Shown in pieces: positions 25,019 to 37,900 of a stretch of 64,000 nucleotides of DNA (positions are counted from its first letter, which is position 1; each line of letters begins with the position of its first letter). The translations under genes and the position numbers were made by a program. Origin of the DNA: Psilocybe cubensis (Eukaryota); assembly GCA_017499595.2 (NCBI GenBank), contig CM039010.1, positions 1,116,001 to 1,180,000 of the forward strand, read 5' to 3'. The notes below the pieces were generated by a model that was not told the DNA's origin, made no database searches, and worked only from the letters and a program-made list of their open reading frames with translations.

Positions 25019-25646
25019 AATCTTTCTTTCGAAACGATTTTCAACATCACCGCCCACTTATACTCGCGATTTACACATATCTGTATTTATCTCGCCCACT
25101 ACCTATACCTGGAGGTTATAAACCCACAACTACTCAATTTCCCTATGTATTAACACTATTTATTCAAGCCCGGTGCACAGCACAGGGATGAGAGTGAGTA
25201 TTTCTCGTTGAAAGATTGGCAGGAACGCGGACACACATGTACTACTCAGCATGCAAGTCTTTGGCATGGATCCCGCTTAAGAGAACGGTGTGGCGATAGT
25301 GCCATGGCTTGGTAAGTTTGACAGATTCTCCACCCTAAATATATGCCTAGCAAATCTCGAAGCAAGTTGAATAGGCTTGAGATGGACCTAAAAACCATGA
25401 CCTTAGATTTACGCTGACGTGAAGTACTTTCATTTCGGAAGTGGCATCGACCACGCTGTTCAAATAAACACACGACGGATAACAATGTGGAACCGTAGCT
25501 GTCGGAAACGAAGATAACCACAAATGTGGACTTCCTCATGCAGCACAGGAGCGCCATCCGGGTAGTAACAAGAATTGAATTACGGGTGTGACGCTCCCCT
25601 TAAATGATAGTTTGAAAAGGCAAGGAATCTATTGAAGATGATGCAT

Positions 25647-26214
25647 CTATTCGTGGTCTCCACCGAGCGCAAGGTGTCCGGCCTTGCTGTTTTGCCACTC
25701 GTCGTAGCGCTTGGCCCAGGTGTAGACGCCGTACCCTGTAAACAACAAAACCCGTCAGCTTGTTCGCGTTAAGAAAATCAGCAGGCGAAATGTCCGGACC
25801 TAGGGCGATGGGGATTCCGAAGAAGAAAAGCTCGCCAGAGATGCGGCGGTATCCGTTGAAAAGATAGGATTTGAGCCAGTGGGGGGCGGCCTTGGTTTGG
25901 TAGGGAGACATGGCTAAAGTTGATTGGTCGCTTTGGTAAGTTGAGGCATGAGGAGCATATTGACGCGACGCACCATATGTTGTGACGCCCTTCTGCCTGA
26001 GACCGCGCTGGTCACCCCACCACAAAAGCTAACATTTCCAAGAACGATATCATGAGCTCTCGCCCTCGGAAGAGCACTAGAGTGAAAGGAAAATGCTCAC
26101 GTAGACCTTGCCTGAGTGAACCAGCAACGCGTCAGTTTCTCGTTTTCTGGAGAGCAATGACTGCAAATACACACCTCCTGGCATACCATCGTGTCTCGGA
26201 AGAGTGGGCCTCAT
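25647..26214 (-). CDS. QCR8: Cytochrome b-c1 complex subunit 8
   Basis: MRPT...GMP|GKVY|..LWWGDQRGLRQKGVTTY|AMSPYQTKAAPHWLKSYLFNGYRRISGELFFFGIPIAL|GYGVYTWAKRYDEWQNSKAGHLA; matches the UcrQ/Qcr8 pattern. Confidence 0.9.
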
Positions 26215-26456
26215 AGTGGGCAAGTATATAGGAGAACAGAGGAAAGTTAAAGAAATGTGTTCGGTGCTGAGGCTCGCAATCCGTTCTGGTCCGTCGAGAA
26301 CAAACAAAGGACAAACAAGCCACGACCGCTCCAGGTCATCGTCACACTTGTTCAACTCACACACACACCTCAAAACTCTTAATATTGTTTGTCCTTCTTC
26401 GTTTATCCTGGCCATATTTTGTATTGACTATACTGCTACTAGGACCCGCCTTGGTC

Positions 26457-26582
26457 ATGATCTCGCATCAGACTCTTCTGACACTCGCCAACTCGCTCGG
26501 CATTCTTGCGATGATTACTGTGGTTGGATACCACATGGTGGCCGTGAACGCTCGATATCTCGAGCAGCACAAATCGCAGTAG
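26457..26582 (+). CDS. OST4: Oligosaccharyltransferase 4-kDa subunit
   Basis: 41-aa MISHQTLLTLANSLGILAMITVVGYHMVAVNA... matches the Ost4 pattern (MIsD..L..lAn.LG...m.lIv.YH). Confidence 0.88.
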   Translation: MISHQTLLTLANSLGILAMITVVGYHMVAVNARYLEQHKSQ

Positions 26583-27594
26583 TCCGACCGCGGTTGTACT
26601 TGTAGACACTAGCTGGTGCGTCCTTGTCGAGTCTAGCCAATTGACACGAGCTTCTAACCCTAAGAACTTGCCTTAGGATTGTAACATTCTTTATACGCAA
26701 TAATACCCTTCAGACTCACCAGTTTGACCCTATCGCTTGATTTTGAAGGACGCTCAACTCTTGCAAATGGTTTCTACTTGGATCATATATTTCATCTCTC
26801 CGAGTACTGCTTAACCTTGGAGCTGTATTTCTGGGTGCCTATTCTCGTTTATAACACCTGACTCAATGATTCATATCTCCCCTTCTGTGCTCGAAAACAC
26901 TTTCAGTTAATCTGAACACTACCATGGGGAATGCTTCGTATCATCTTTGACCAGCAGATTTTGATCTCAATGGTTGCGACGTTCTTCTCAGCATATGATG
27001 GATACGTCGCACTCTGCGATCGTAAATATATCTATGCAGACAGCTACTGTTCCTGAAAAAACCTTATTTTGGCCGTCGTGATTCTGGTTCCGAACGATAT
27101 CGATAAACACCTGCACAATTTCTCAGAAGGGGCTAGTATATACGAGCTTCTATGCGGTTGGTCGATGACCTTAATAACTGAATAGTCTCATCATATCATT
27201 TTATGCATCACCCTCGAGCAAGCTAAGTACCGCTTTGCATATGGAGCTCAATTTTGTCAGTGCTTCTCATATACTAGTGCGAGCACATACTCATTTAATT
27301 ATATACAGTCGATTTTGTCGGTTCATACCTCAAACATCAATATCTGATTCCTTGCGCGGCATTGTCGAGTTGACGATCACGGAGCTATGATGGGCAACTC
27401 ATATGCTCGACAGCATCAGAGTTGTGGAGAATCACCTACATACATAGTTAGGTATACGGCAGGATATCATTTGTCCGTCTCATAAGAGGATGTGCTGAAT
27501 GGCTTTCTTCTGTTCCGGCGTTTTCCAACCTATGGTTTAGAAGCCTTTGATTCACCACCATCCTTACTTTCACGAAGCTATCTCCATTGACCCT

Positions 27595-29090
27595 ATGCAG
27601 TCTTTTCGTGCGCTGTCTCCATCAGGTAAGATTTTGTTATGTGGAACGTTAACAGCGACGTAGTCTCAAATGTCAATTCTTGAGGCCACATGCATACCCG
27701 GGATACTCTTCCGTCTTCCGTCTTGCCAAATGTCTCCCTCATCGTTGCCTACGACGTATTAAATATCACTGGATTTCTTACGTTGACTATCGTCATCTTG
27801 ACAACTTATTTCTCCTCAGCAATTCGCAGGACATCGTTATGGTACATGAGCATGTTCGGCTGGGTTTTCATTGCTTTCGTAAACATCCTTTTGGTGGGAC
27901 AACAAACCGGACCACCGCCAAATGTCTATTATTGCTTGGCTCAAGCCAGCCTCGTATATTCATCTACAGCCTAGTGGGTGGATATTCCTCATCATGGATA
28001 AACGTTTAATGCTTAACAGCGCTGTGCAGCAGCGCCATGACCTTCGCTGCATACATGACTCAGGTAAGTTTGACAAATCTGGCGCCTTGCTTGTATTTAT
28101 TGAAGTGGTAAACAAACAGACATACTGCTCAATAGCTTCACCTGAGCTCAAACATCTTAGTAACCGTCCACTCTTCGTCGCCTTAGTATGCAGTATTTTT
28201 TTTGCTCTTGGAACCTCAACACTAACGTAATCCAGTTGCATATCATCCCCAGTTTAGTTTTTGTCGCCATTGTTCTAGAAATCCTTATTGTATGCTCCTT
28301 TCAATGCATTGTCAATAGGAATGTCCCTTATAGTGATCATGGTCATAGGTTGGTCTGAAGCAGAAAAATCTCATTGAACGGGAGCCCTATGGAATGTATT
28401 GTCACCTTCAGACATCAACACCGTAATTGTTTACAATTTGCATATTATCCTTCTATCTAGTTCAATGAAGACTATTCACAGAGCTCATGTCACCGCTGGA
28501 GTCATCTTAATTGGAATGTCAATTGTATTGGTCTTCGAGTGTAAGTACACCCACTGAACTGTATTGTTACCGTGCTAAAATTTGCTGCCTCGAACTCGCT
28601 CAAAAGTGCTTATTTTTCGGCTTATACGTCAAACTAGCCAAGGCGTTCGATCAGTTTCACGGAACTCCATGAGTGTGGCTCAAGAGAGTTTCTCGCGTGA
28701 AATATTCATTCGAATGGCAGTCTTTAGTACATGGGCGTTCATTTGTGTCGGGTATGTGGTAAACGTTGCATTTAAATACTTGAATAGCTGACCATCCACA
28801 CACGTTAAAGACTGTCTAGTATCCAATATCTACCTGACACCATGTCGGTCGACTATGCTAAAGTGCAGATCGTCCAAGCCACGCGTTCGTCTCTTTCTTC
28901 GCCTCGTCCATTTGAGAGTAGTCTAACCTTCGTCTTATTAGTGCCTTGCATTGCGACATTGACAGTGGGGACACAAAGGGTAGCAATTATATCTATTTCT
29001 TCACTGGACGCTGACCATCGTCGATTGCAGGACGTTATGAACACATGTCTAAAACGGAGGAAATTCTTTGAGTCCCGAACTGAGCTGTAA
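27595..29090 (+). CDS. Multi-pass (probably 7TM, GPCR-like) membrane protein of an agaric-expanded family
   Basis: Hydrophobic segments plus 'T.YFSSAIRRTSLWY', 'LLVGQQTGPPP...CLAQASLVY', 'REPYGMYCH'; many short exons. Confidence 0.65.
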
Positions 29091-30658
29091 ACTCAAAGTT
29101 GATGCAGTATGAAAAATAGATGTACTAAATATCAAAGTCTCACGCGTTTCAAAGTTCAAACAGAATCGATATCCTGGCATCTGCATCAACTTGAAAAGCG
29201 ACTATTTATTCCCCGCGCAATACCCACCCGTTATTTGAGCATGCATTTCAGACCATTTCAGGGTTACGTTCACCACGGCACACTACGCTGATAGGAACAG
29301 CACGAAATGCAACCGAGTAGTAATCCAGGGTGTCAAAAATAATCGATTGTCGGGCCTTGATGAAAGAAATGGTACAATCATGTGCCTTCATACGAGCATA
29401 CTGTATCGATAGACTGGAGCCTGGCGTGGATAGCGTGTAGTATGTTACGGATTAGGAGGAAGGCGAAAATAAATGACGAATATATAGACTGGTAGCAGTA
29501 AACCAACAAATAGCAGTGAAAATCATTTCCCCAACTTGTCCTTAAGTCCACACTTACAATCATATGGAATCCAGGTGTAAGTCAGTATGCACCATTCGTG
29601 CTCACCCTCGGGTGCTCGTGCCAGTAGAATCATCATCAATCATAACTTCATTCCACATCTTCTGGTTGTTATCTTCCGTCTTCAGACTTGCTGTGTCTGC
29701 GGACGAGTGTCTAAGAGCACCTGATCGTCTAAATTTGGGCAAGGCCATTTTCATATTACCGACAAAGATACGGTCAAATAACCTATTGGATATCGCAACA
29801 CAGGTGCGCCAAGTTGACGCGACGCGCGCGTAATTAGTCACATGTGTTATTTGGCCGACGTGATCGTGATCGTTGATGCACAAAGATGTTCAAATGTTGA
29901 AGAATTTTGCAACACTTCGCCAGACTTTGGTCATTACAGCCCTTTACAGCCTGCTTCAAGTCTTGTTTTTAACCAATCATATTTGCACCTCAAATATACG
30001 GATCCGACGACGTAACAAAGTCAGGCTAATTACTTCTTCTCACGGGGTCTCGGGGTTGTGGCCGAGCAGTGGTACACATCTATATCTTCTACTCGCTAGC
30101 CAATGGAACTTCAGGTTGATCTGTAAAAGCAAAAGGCGCGTTGACAGCGCACTGTGGCATTCAATATGCAGTACTGCAGCGACTCCTTCAATGAAATTAC
30201 ATGCCTGGTAAGGCCTCACTGCCCAGGGCAGGGTCACCGATTTAAGATACAAGGGTCTCCTGATGGAGAGACCCTTCCGCGGTTTTAGGAACTACTCAAG
30301 GTCACTGAAGCAATAATTAAACATTTGCAAAACTATCCAACTATCCACAGGACTTAAAGTCACGTAAGTTCACTGTTTCACAGTATCAATCCATCACAGT
30401 ATGCCCTCACTCTTGTTTCGACAACATGTCGATTATGGCAGAAACCTTTCGTGATAGCCTAATGTTGATATTAATTTCTGGCTATCGGTCTCTCTGTGGC
30501 GGGCATATCAAGGGATTGATGAAGCTACGACAACTGTATTCTTTATGTCACATTTTGGGACCTCATTCTTGAGGTCTATCGGTCCTGGACATACCAATCT
30601 TTATTAAAAGGGATCGCAACAGTTTTTAACTCAACGTACACCCCATCGTCTCATCATA

Positions 30659-32820
30659 ATGGACGGCCAGGCTCTTACAAGAAAGGTTACCATTCTCAAT
30701 GATCCTGTTGATCTAACCATGGCCACCTTGGATTCCTCGTCCAGCGGCAAATCTGAAAAAGGAGATGTAGACTTCGTCAATGACAGTGTCGACTCAGCAG
30801 CTGTGAAACGAGCTATCCTCAAGATGGATCTTACTCTCCTACCTATTCTAACTATGTTCTACCTGCTATCTTTTCTGGTTCGTTGACCTTCTCTAAGTTC
30901 ACATTGAAGCTTATTCAATTCAGTACGCCAGGATCGTGCCAATATTGGTAAATTATTCATGTTTTCGAGGACATTTCCACGCTTACACTCGGAAACTAAA
31001 GGCAATGCTAGAGTCGCCGGTCTCCAAAAGGACCTCCTCATGACAGACAGACAATACCAAATTGCGATAACCATCACATATGTGTACGTGATTCATATCT
31101 CATCTTGGAGTTGTAGTTGCATGAGTAACCCAAAATATTCAACAGTCCCTATGTGCTCAGCGAGATCCCTGCAAACTTGATAATTCGCAGAGTTGGTCCA
31201 AATATTCTCATGCCAACTTTACTCACTATTTGGGGCATCATCGTCTTGTCGCAAGGGTTCGTAACCTCATTCAAGGGTCTAGCTGCCGCTCGCGCGTTCC
31301 TGGGTATGTGCGAGGGGCCGATGCTACCAGGGATTATATTATACCTTTCTGGATTCTATACCCGCAAAGAGCTTTCTCTGAGGTAGCACTCTTGTCATCT
31401 GCTGCAACTCCGAAGTACTGATTACGTTTGAACAATAGGATTGCATTATTTTTCTCGGCGGCATCAGTGAGCTCGCTTTTTACCCATATGCCACTCAATT
31501 ACAGGTCTAAAAAAACTGGCTGCTACAGCTTTCGGGTGCCTTTTCTGGTCTTCTTGCAGCGGCAATTGTCAACATGCATGGAGTCGGAAACAAGCCTGCC
31601 TGGTCATGGATCTTCATTCTGGTACGTTACCTTGGGCAACAATCTCGAGATCATGATGTCTAAACTTGATTTAGGAAGGCCTTTTCAGTACCTTAATCGG
31701 TATTCTATCGTTTTTCCTTGTTCCTGTGTCTCCAAGGGACTCTAGGTTTTTGTCAGACGAGCAGAAGCGGTAAGCATACCTATTTTTACTCTTCATACAA
31801 CCAAAATCATCCAAATTCTAGCCTAATTATACAGCGGCTCGACCGCAACCGACCATTCGCAGTTCCAGTTGATACCTTTAACATTAAACGAATCCTTTCA
31901 GTCCTGGTAACGCCACACGTCTTACTACCATCCGTGATCAATTTTATGGGTGGCACAAACCTCTTTGGGCTTGCCCTGTTTTTGCCATCCATCGTCAGTC
32001 AACTTGGATACAGCTCAAACCGCACACAACTCCTCAGCGTTGGCCCATTCGCAGTTGGATTTGTTGGTTAGTTCAAGGGCATTCCTTCCACTAGAAAAGC
32101 CTTAATAACAGTGGTTTAGTTACAGTCCTTCTTTCTTATTTCTCTGACCGTTATATGATAAGAGCCGTGCCTATTGTTGGTGTACTTCTTTTCTCAGTTG
32201 CTGGATATTCTCTTTCTTTAGGTGCGTGTCATTGCCTGAGGTATCTTGGTAGCTGACCTGATTTTTTATAAAAGCATCTACCAGCAAGCACATGTCATAT
32301 GCTGCTTTGTATCTCATGGTCCCAGGTGTATATGCCACTATCCCCGTGATATCGGCATGGTTCTCGAACAACACTGAACCGTACTATCGTCGAGCAACTA
32401 GTATTGCATTGGGTCTCATGTTTGCAAATTGTGTATGTGTATTTCTTGGTTTGTGGACAACGCCCCCTCGCTCAAAAGAGGAATTAAACTAGGGCGGAAT
32501 TATGAGTACCTGGCGATACCCATCACACGAAGGGCCGAGATATCAAAAGACTACCATAATGAACTTGACCTTGTGCGTAGAAAAAAGTCAACCATTGCGA
32601 AACTAAAATTGTTTAATCAATATTTTTCCCTCATAGCTCTTTAATGATGATAACCTTGACCATTGTCAATGCACTGCATCTGATTTGGTTGAACAGGCAA
32701 AAGAGATTGCGAAGAACCGACATGCTTGCACCCTATGCTACTAAGGAAGAACCCGATGGTGGCATACGTGCATGGGTAGAGCTGGGTGATCGCCATCCGG
32801 ATTTTTTGTACGTTATCTGA
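30659..32820 (+). CDS. MFS transporter, DAL/ACS family (nicotinate/allantoate/pantothenate permease-like)
   Basis: 'KMDLTLLPILTMFYLLSFL|DRANI|GNARVAGL', 'LGMCEGPMLPGIILYLSGFYTRKEL', 'AWSWIFIL|EG', C-terminal 'ELGDRHPDFLYVI'; start could be 30719. Confidence 0.9.
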
Positions 32821-33259
32821 ACGTCAATTATTTGCCGATTTAACTTTGAAAGAGTGTATGTACTAGTACTGTAATATAATAATACTGGTGTTTGTGTAGT
32901 AACAGCATTACAGTACCTAAAAGCCTCGGCCTATTATTACTAAATTTTTCCTTCTTCAGATTTGTTTTGTAAGAATATGCGACTCGTGTTTCTTTGCTTT
33001 GGGTAAAATTCAACTTGCCAGACACGGGGGTATTGCTCGTAGCCCCTATCTCGTCTAAATGAAGATCACATGCTCATCGCGTCGCGGGTCGTTGGCGAGA
33101 GGTCAGCGTCAACCAGCGAACAGGCTTTGATAAATACTTATACTTGTCAGTCACTTTCCACTGATGGTTTGCACACTCTCCTGCTCATATAATAATAACA
33201 GGTGGATATCCCCGATACACGCAGTGCCTTATCAATTGTTGACCAGGTGCCAGCCAGCC

Positions 33260-34785
33260 ATGAAAGATGTTCTTCTAGTAGGATTTGGAGCGGTGGGAGC
33301 GATATGCGAGTACATGCAATTGCCAAAACGAAAAAACAATACTAATGTTCATTATAATTGGTAGACTCCCTTATCCTGAAGCGGAGCGGTCTGGCAAGAG
33401 TTACAGCTGTTGCCCGGAGCAATTTCGAAATCGTCGACAGTGAGTCTAAATGCCATTATTTGCCCAATCAACAGGCTATTCAAACGAGACATTATCGCGA
33501 AAGAGGAAGGGATTCACTTTGAGAGTCGCAAGTACGGCAATATCAAGGGATGGAGACCTGATCGCTGTACGTCACATTTCCTCAACTTACGTGTGTTAAA
33601 CAAAGTACAACATTTATCGATCATCTTCAGTATGCAAATCTGTTGCAGAGGCGGCGGATAGACCTTACTCTTACGTGCTGGTCACTACTAAAGCTATCCC
33701 TGAGCTGGTCAGAACATCAGAAATGTTGGCTCCTTTGTACTCAAATGACTACAGAGCAAAATTTCCTCAACCGGCATATGTCCTGCTTCAGAACGGCCTC
33801 AACGTTGAAGTGGAGTTGTATAAAACCCTCAAAGCAACCTTACATGACGATCCAAAGATCATAAGCACCGCTCTATGGATAGGGACCAATTTGTTGAAGC
33901 CAAATGTAGTAGAGCACAATGACTTTGTAAGTCGATCTTTGACAATGAGCATTTTTGTTGCTGACATATGGAACCCAGGACAGACTGTCTCTTGGAGTGT
34001 ATAGACATGAAGATCGTACAACAACAACAAACACCGCTGAGGAGGCTGCACTACTAGACGGTATCGGGCACATCCTCGAAGCTGGGGGGTCAACGATTTC
34101 AGTTGTGCCCGAAATCCAACGCGTGAAATTCAAAAAGAATTTCTGGAATGTCGCGTTCTCTTCATTTGCAACGCTCACACGGCAAGCTTCCTTGGTATTG
34201 CAGCGGTTGGAAACTAACATTGACTTAGATATACCCTCCCAGCCATGTTCCGAGCGCCTCCTGAAAGTCCTTCGAAACCATATGAACCATACGTTTCGCC
34301 TGCCACAGCGGATCTCATTTCTTCCTACACAATCCCTGCAGTTAAAGCTACCCTCAATGAGCTTATTGTACTGGGTATGTAGAATTGTTTTTGTACCAAG
34401 TTCCAAACTGACTCGGAATCCATTTATGATAGGCCGTGCTCTCGGGTTCCCGGATACAGAGGACGGCCTTCCATCCTCTATAGCTGAATCAACCTTCGAA
34501 GGGACGTGGAAATTGCATACACGGGCTGATAGTACCCATGTTCCCAGCATGCTCCTTGATGCTGAGAAAGGTTTCCCAATCGAGGTGGAAGTGATCGTTG
34601 GTGAGGTTGTCCGAATGGCAAAGGAAAGAAATGTCGATCTTCCTGTAGGCATTTTCATTTCCTCAATTTCCAGCTAACTGATGCAATGAGTTTAGCGAAT
34701 CGAAACATTATATGCTCTTTTACTTGTAGTACAGAACCAAATATTGCGCAAGAGGGAAGAAGCAAAACCAACGCGCAATGTTTGA
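33260..34785 (+). CDS. 2-dehydropantoate 2-reductase-like (ApbA/PanE family) oxidoreductase, copy 1
   Basis: 'VLLVGFGAVGAI', 'VARSNF', 'LVTTKA', 'LLQNGLNVE', 'KFKKNFWN', 'PSMLLDAEKGFPIEVEVIVGEVVR'. Confidence 0.88.
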
Positions 34786-34900
34786 CGGAGAAGGTATCTA
34801 AACTCGCCGTTGGACCAAAACCCTGAATCGACGATAATGCCTACATGACGCAACCACTTCTATACCTAGAACAAAAATGTAGAAATTACACGCTTCCGCT

Positions 34901-37900
34901 TTAATCGGAGGGTTTTGCAGATACGAGGATTTGTACCAAGTTCAAGAGGGTATCCATCTTAGCTCCAATATTCTCAACCTTCAACTCCAGCTTGTCCATG
35001 CGCTTCTGAAGTTCGACTTGTCCTGTCTCAACATTTTCTGCGGGTAAGCGGCCCGCACTGGCATCTACTTGACTGCCCTCCGCTTCAGAATCGCTGGAAC
35101 TGACAAGATCATTGTTGCCAATGTCGCTGAGATCCGTGTTAATGTCATCGAGATGTTCGCCTCCAAGTAGATCTTCTTGTGAAAGTGTCGAAACCCCGTC
35201 ATAATTAGATATCACGCCAACCTTCCTCGCCATGTTCTCAACGACCCCTTTCACCTTCTCGCCTTCTTCCAATTGTTTGTTCATTTTTTCCTCGAGTAAT
35301 GTGATATTCGAACTGATATCTTCAAGTTGACGACCTACATCATTGTCTTTCCCTAACCGGATTGGCTTGACTTCAATACTATCGTATATGCGAAGGATTT
35401 GATGTTCCAGACGTGAATGGCCCAAGCTTCCTTGGCTCAATGGGGCATTAATGCGTTCACATTGATAGCAGAAAAAGGTCAAGGGAGCTGTTGGTCCAGA
35501 ATATGAACTTTTGAAAACAGGGAAGGAAGCAAATCACCTACAGCAAACAATGCATACCCAGCAAGGCAATGATATAGCCGTTCCACAACAGGAGCAACAG
35601 ATGGGCGGTGGTCCATCTGTTGTTGGCGATTGAGTATCCACGCTTTCCAATTGCCTTCTCTTCAGGCCTTTTTTGCTCTTCACAACTTTGCCTCTGCGAA
35701 CGGCGAGTTTCGTTTTGGATTTGTGTTGAGCTTGTTCCTGCAGACGGAACATCATCTTCGTTCTTTCGGATATCAACCTGGCCTGGGGTAAAATGGTGTT
35801 AAATTCATATTTATGAATTCGGCGGGGTGACCGCATGAGTGAATGTGACAACTTGTGTACAGCGCCAAACATCGAACTCTCATTGAAAGGACCTGGTTTA
35901 TCAATGCAATTGTAGCAAAGATCAATATGGTCGTAACGGGTCAGAACATCGTCCTTGCAAGTAATGCATTGATGCCGGACAAAAGCAATGCCATGGCGAC
36001 ACACGTCACAGGTAGCTCGTCCCCTGATAAAATATCAGTAGTGTTCTACTTATTTTACACATAATAAAATGGCGTACACTGGAGCAGCAAAGACTTCTCT
36101 CCTAGCGAAGTAATGAGCCAGATCGTCGTACATGCGCGCATATAGCGGAGGCACACTAGACAGCAATGTGTCGTACGCTTCCCATTCTTTGTCCGAAATA
36201 GTTTCATAATCATGCCAGCTGGGTACCACGTCGTCATCTCCCATATCAAAACGCATTGAAAGTTGGAGCCATTCTCGTCGCTCAGTCAAAGCCAAATTGA
36301 ATGCCTTGCGAGATCCCATGCGAATTCGAGTATCAGAAAGTACAGCTTCAATTGCAAAGAACCAGCGTTTACGCGCAAGAGGCCAAATGCGCCAGCACGG
36401 TGGTGTGCCAGGACCATCAAGAAGATAACGGAATCGGAACAGATGAACAGGTGTCCGTTTGAGGTAGAATCGACCATGACTAATGCTCATTGGCGTCTCT
36501 GCAGACGGTCCCATTTCTGGGTTAACGATTTCCTCAGGCACTATTTCTCTATGGCCAACACTGACAACGGTGTCTTCTGTGATCATAGCGACAGTGTCCG
36601 ATGCACTGACAGGCTCTGTAGTAGGCAAGGTGTCGTCCATAGCAGGCGCATGGTCACGCACTTCCTCGATTGATTCAATCTCTGCAGAAAGATCGATTAT
36701 AGGCATTGATGTCGGATTTGCGTCAATACTGTCTGAGTTCGATTCTTCCAAGGGGTCTGTCTGAGGGTCTTCAGTGAGCCCGGATGGCTCGTCGGCATTA
36801 TTCCAAACAAATGTGCCTTCGATGGCATCTTTGTCTGTATTGTAGAGTCCTACGCATGATTGCTTGCGGAAATTCTTCGAATCTTTGGGATTGAAGTCGA
36901 AGCGAATATTGAAGTCGGACGCGGATGCATGTGTGGGTTGGGCTTCAATTGTCCAGACCATGTCAACATCTCCGAAAAATGTCTCAGCCTTAGCGGAAAA
37001 CATATTTTCGACAATGGGAGGGATTACACAATGAAAAGGTCGTATGTAACTGGGGTCGCCGTCACCGGAGAAAAACCAACCAACCCACATGCCTTCTATT
37101 GGATGCGAAATGTGCCCAGGAGGTGGTGTGGACAGAACAACGGCGTCCTCGATCTCGAACGTTTTTCCGACTTGTTTAGATAAAATCGTGGTGTCGGGGG
37201 TTGCTGTAGTTGGTAAATCAATTCGATTCAGGTGTATATATTCATCCATTTGTATGGACATCAAGATATTGTCGGACATGTTGTACTCTCTGTTTTTGAA
37301 TGCTGCATAGAACTGAAAAATGCAGTCGTCTGAGCTATTGTCATTCCCTCCGACATACATAAAACATACCATCCCATAAGAGTAGCTTTGAAATTGTGCA
37401 TCAACGTCCCTGTGTAGTTGATGGAATCTAGCTTTAACTTGATTGAGGGCGATTCGTTACCAACGGTTCAAAAGGCCGGCATACCTTCCAGATTATTCAT
37501 GCGTTCGTCAAAGACTAGAAAAACTTGATCAAGTGATGTCGTATGCACATCCAACTCCGCTGGATCGAGCACAACAGTCTTTGCTAAATGCATGATCTTG
37601 AGATGATGTTGCAAAAGTATATTAACCATGGGGAGAATCCACTGGGATTAAAGTCAAGATGCAACCATCCATATCAAGAAAGAGGGGAAATGACTGACAG
37701 TTTCCACCCTGAATCCTCCTGCGATGGTTGTTGCATCCATTCGAGTTTCAATGACGTGTCCCATGTCGCTTAAATTGGCCCTCAAGCGTGTCATTTGACG
37801 AGACGACACAGTATTTGCAATTTCTTGCAACTTGGGTTCTTTGATTTCAGGTAAGGGCTTGATAGAACGTAAAAGGGCTTCGATTCGTGTAATGACAGGA

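Noticed and set aside
26700-27550. ORF-free stretch, possible ncRNA or pseudogene
   Set aside because: No recognisable structure, repeat or residual coding motif
29100-30600. Several short ORFs between the 7TM and MFS genes
   Set aside because: No coherent spliced model or recognisable motif could be built
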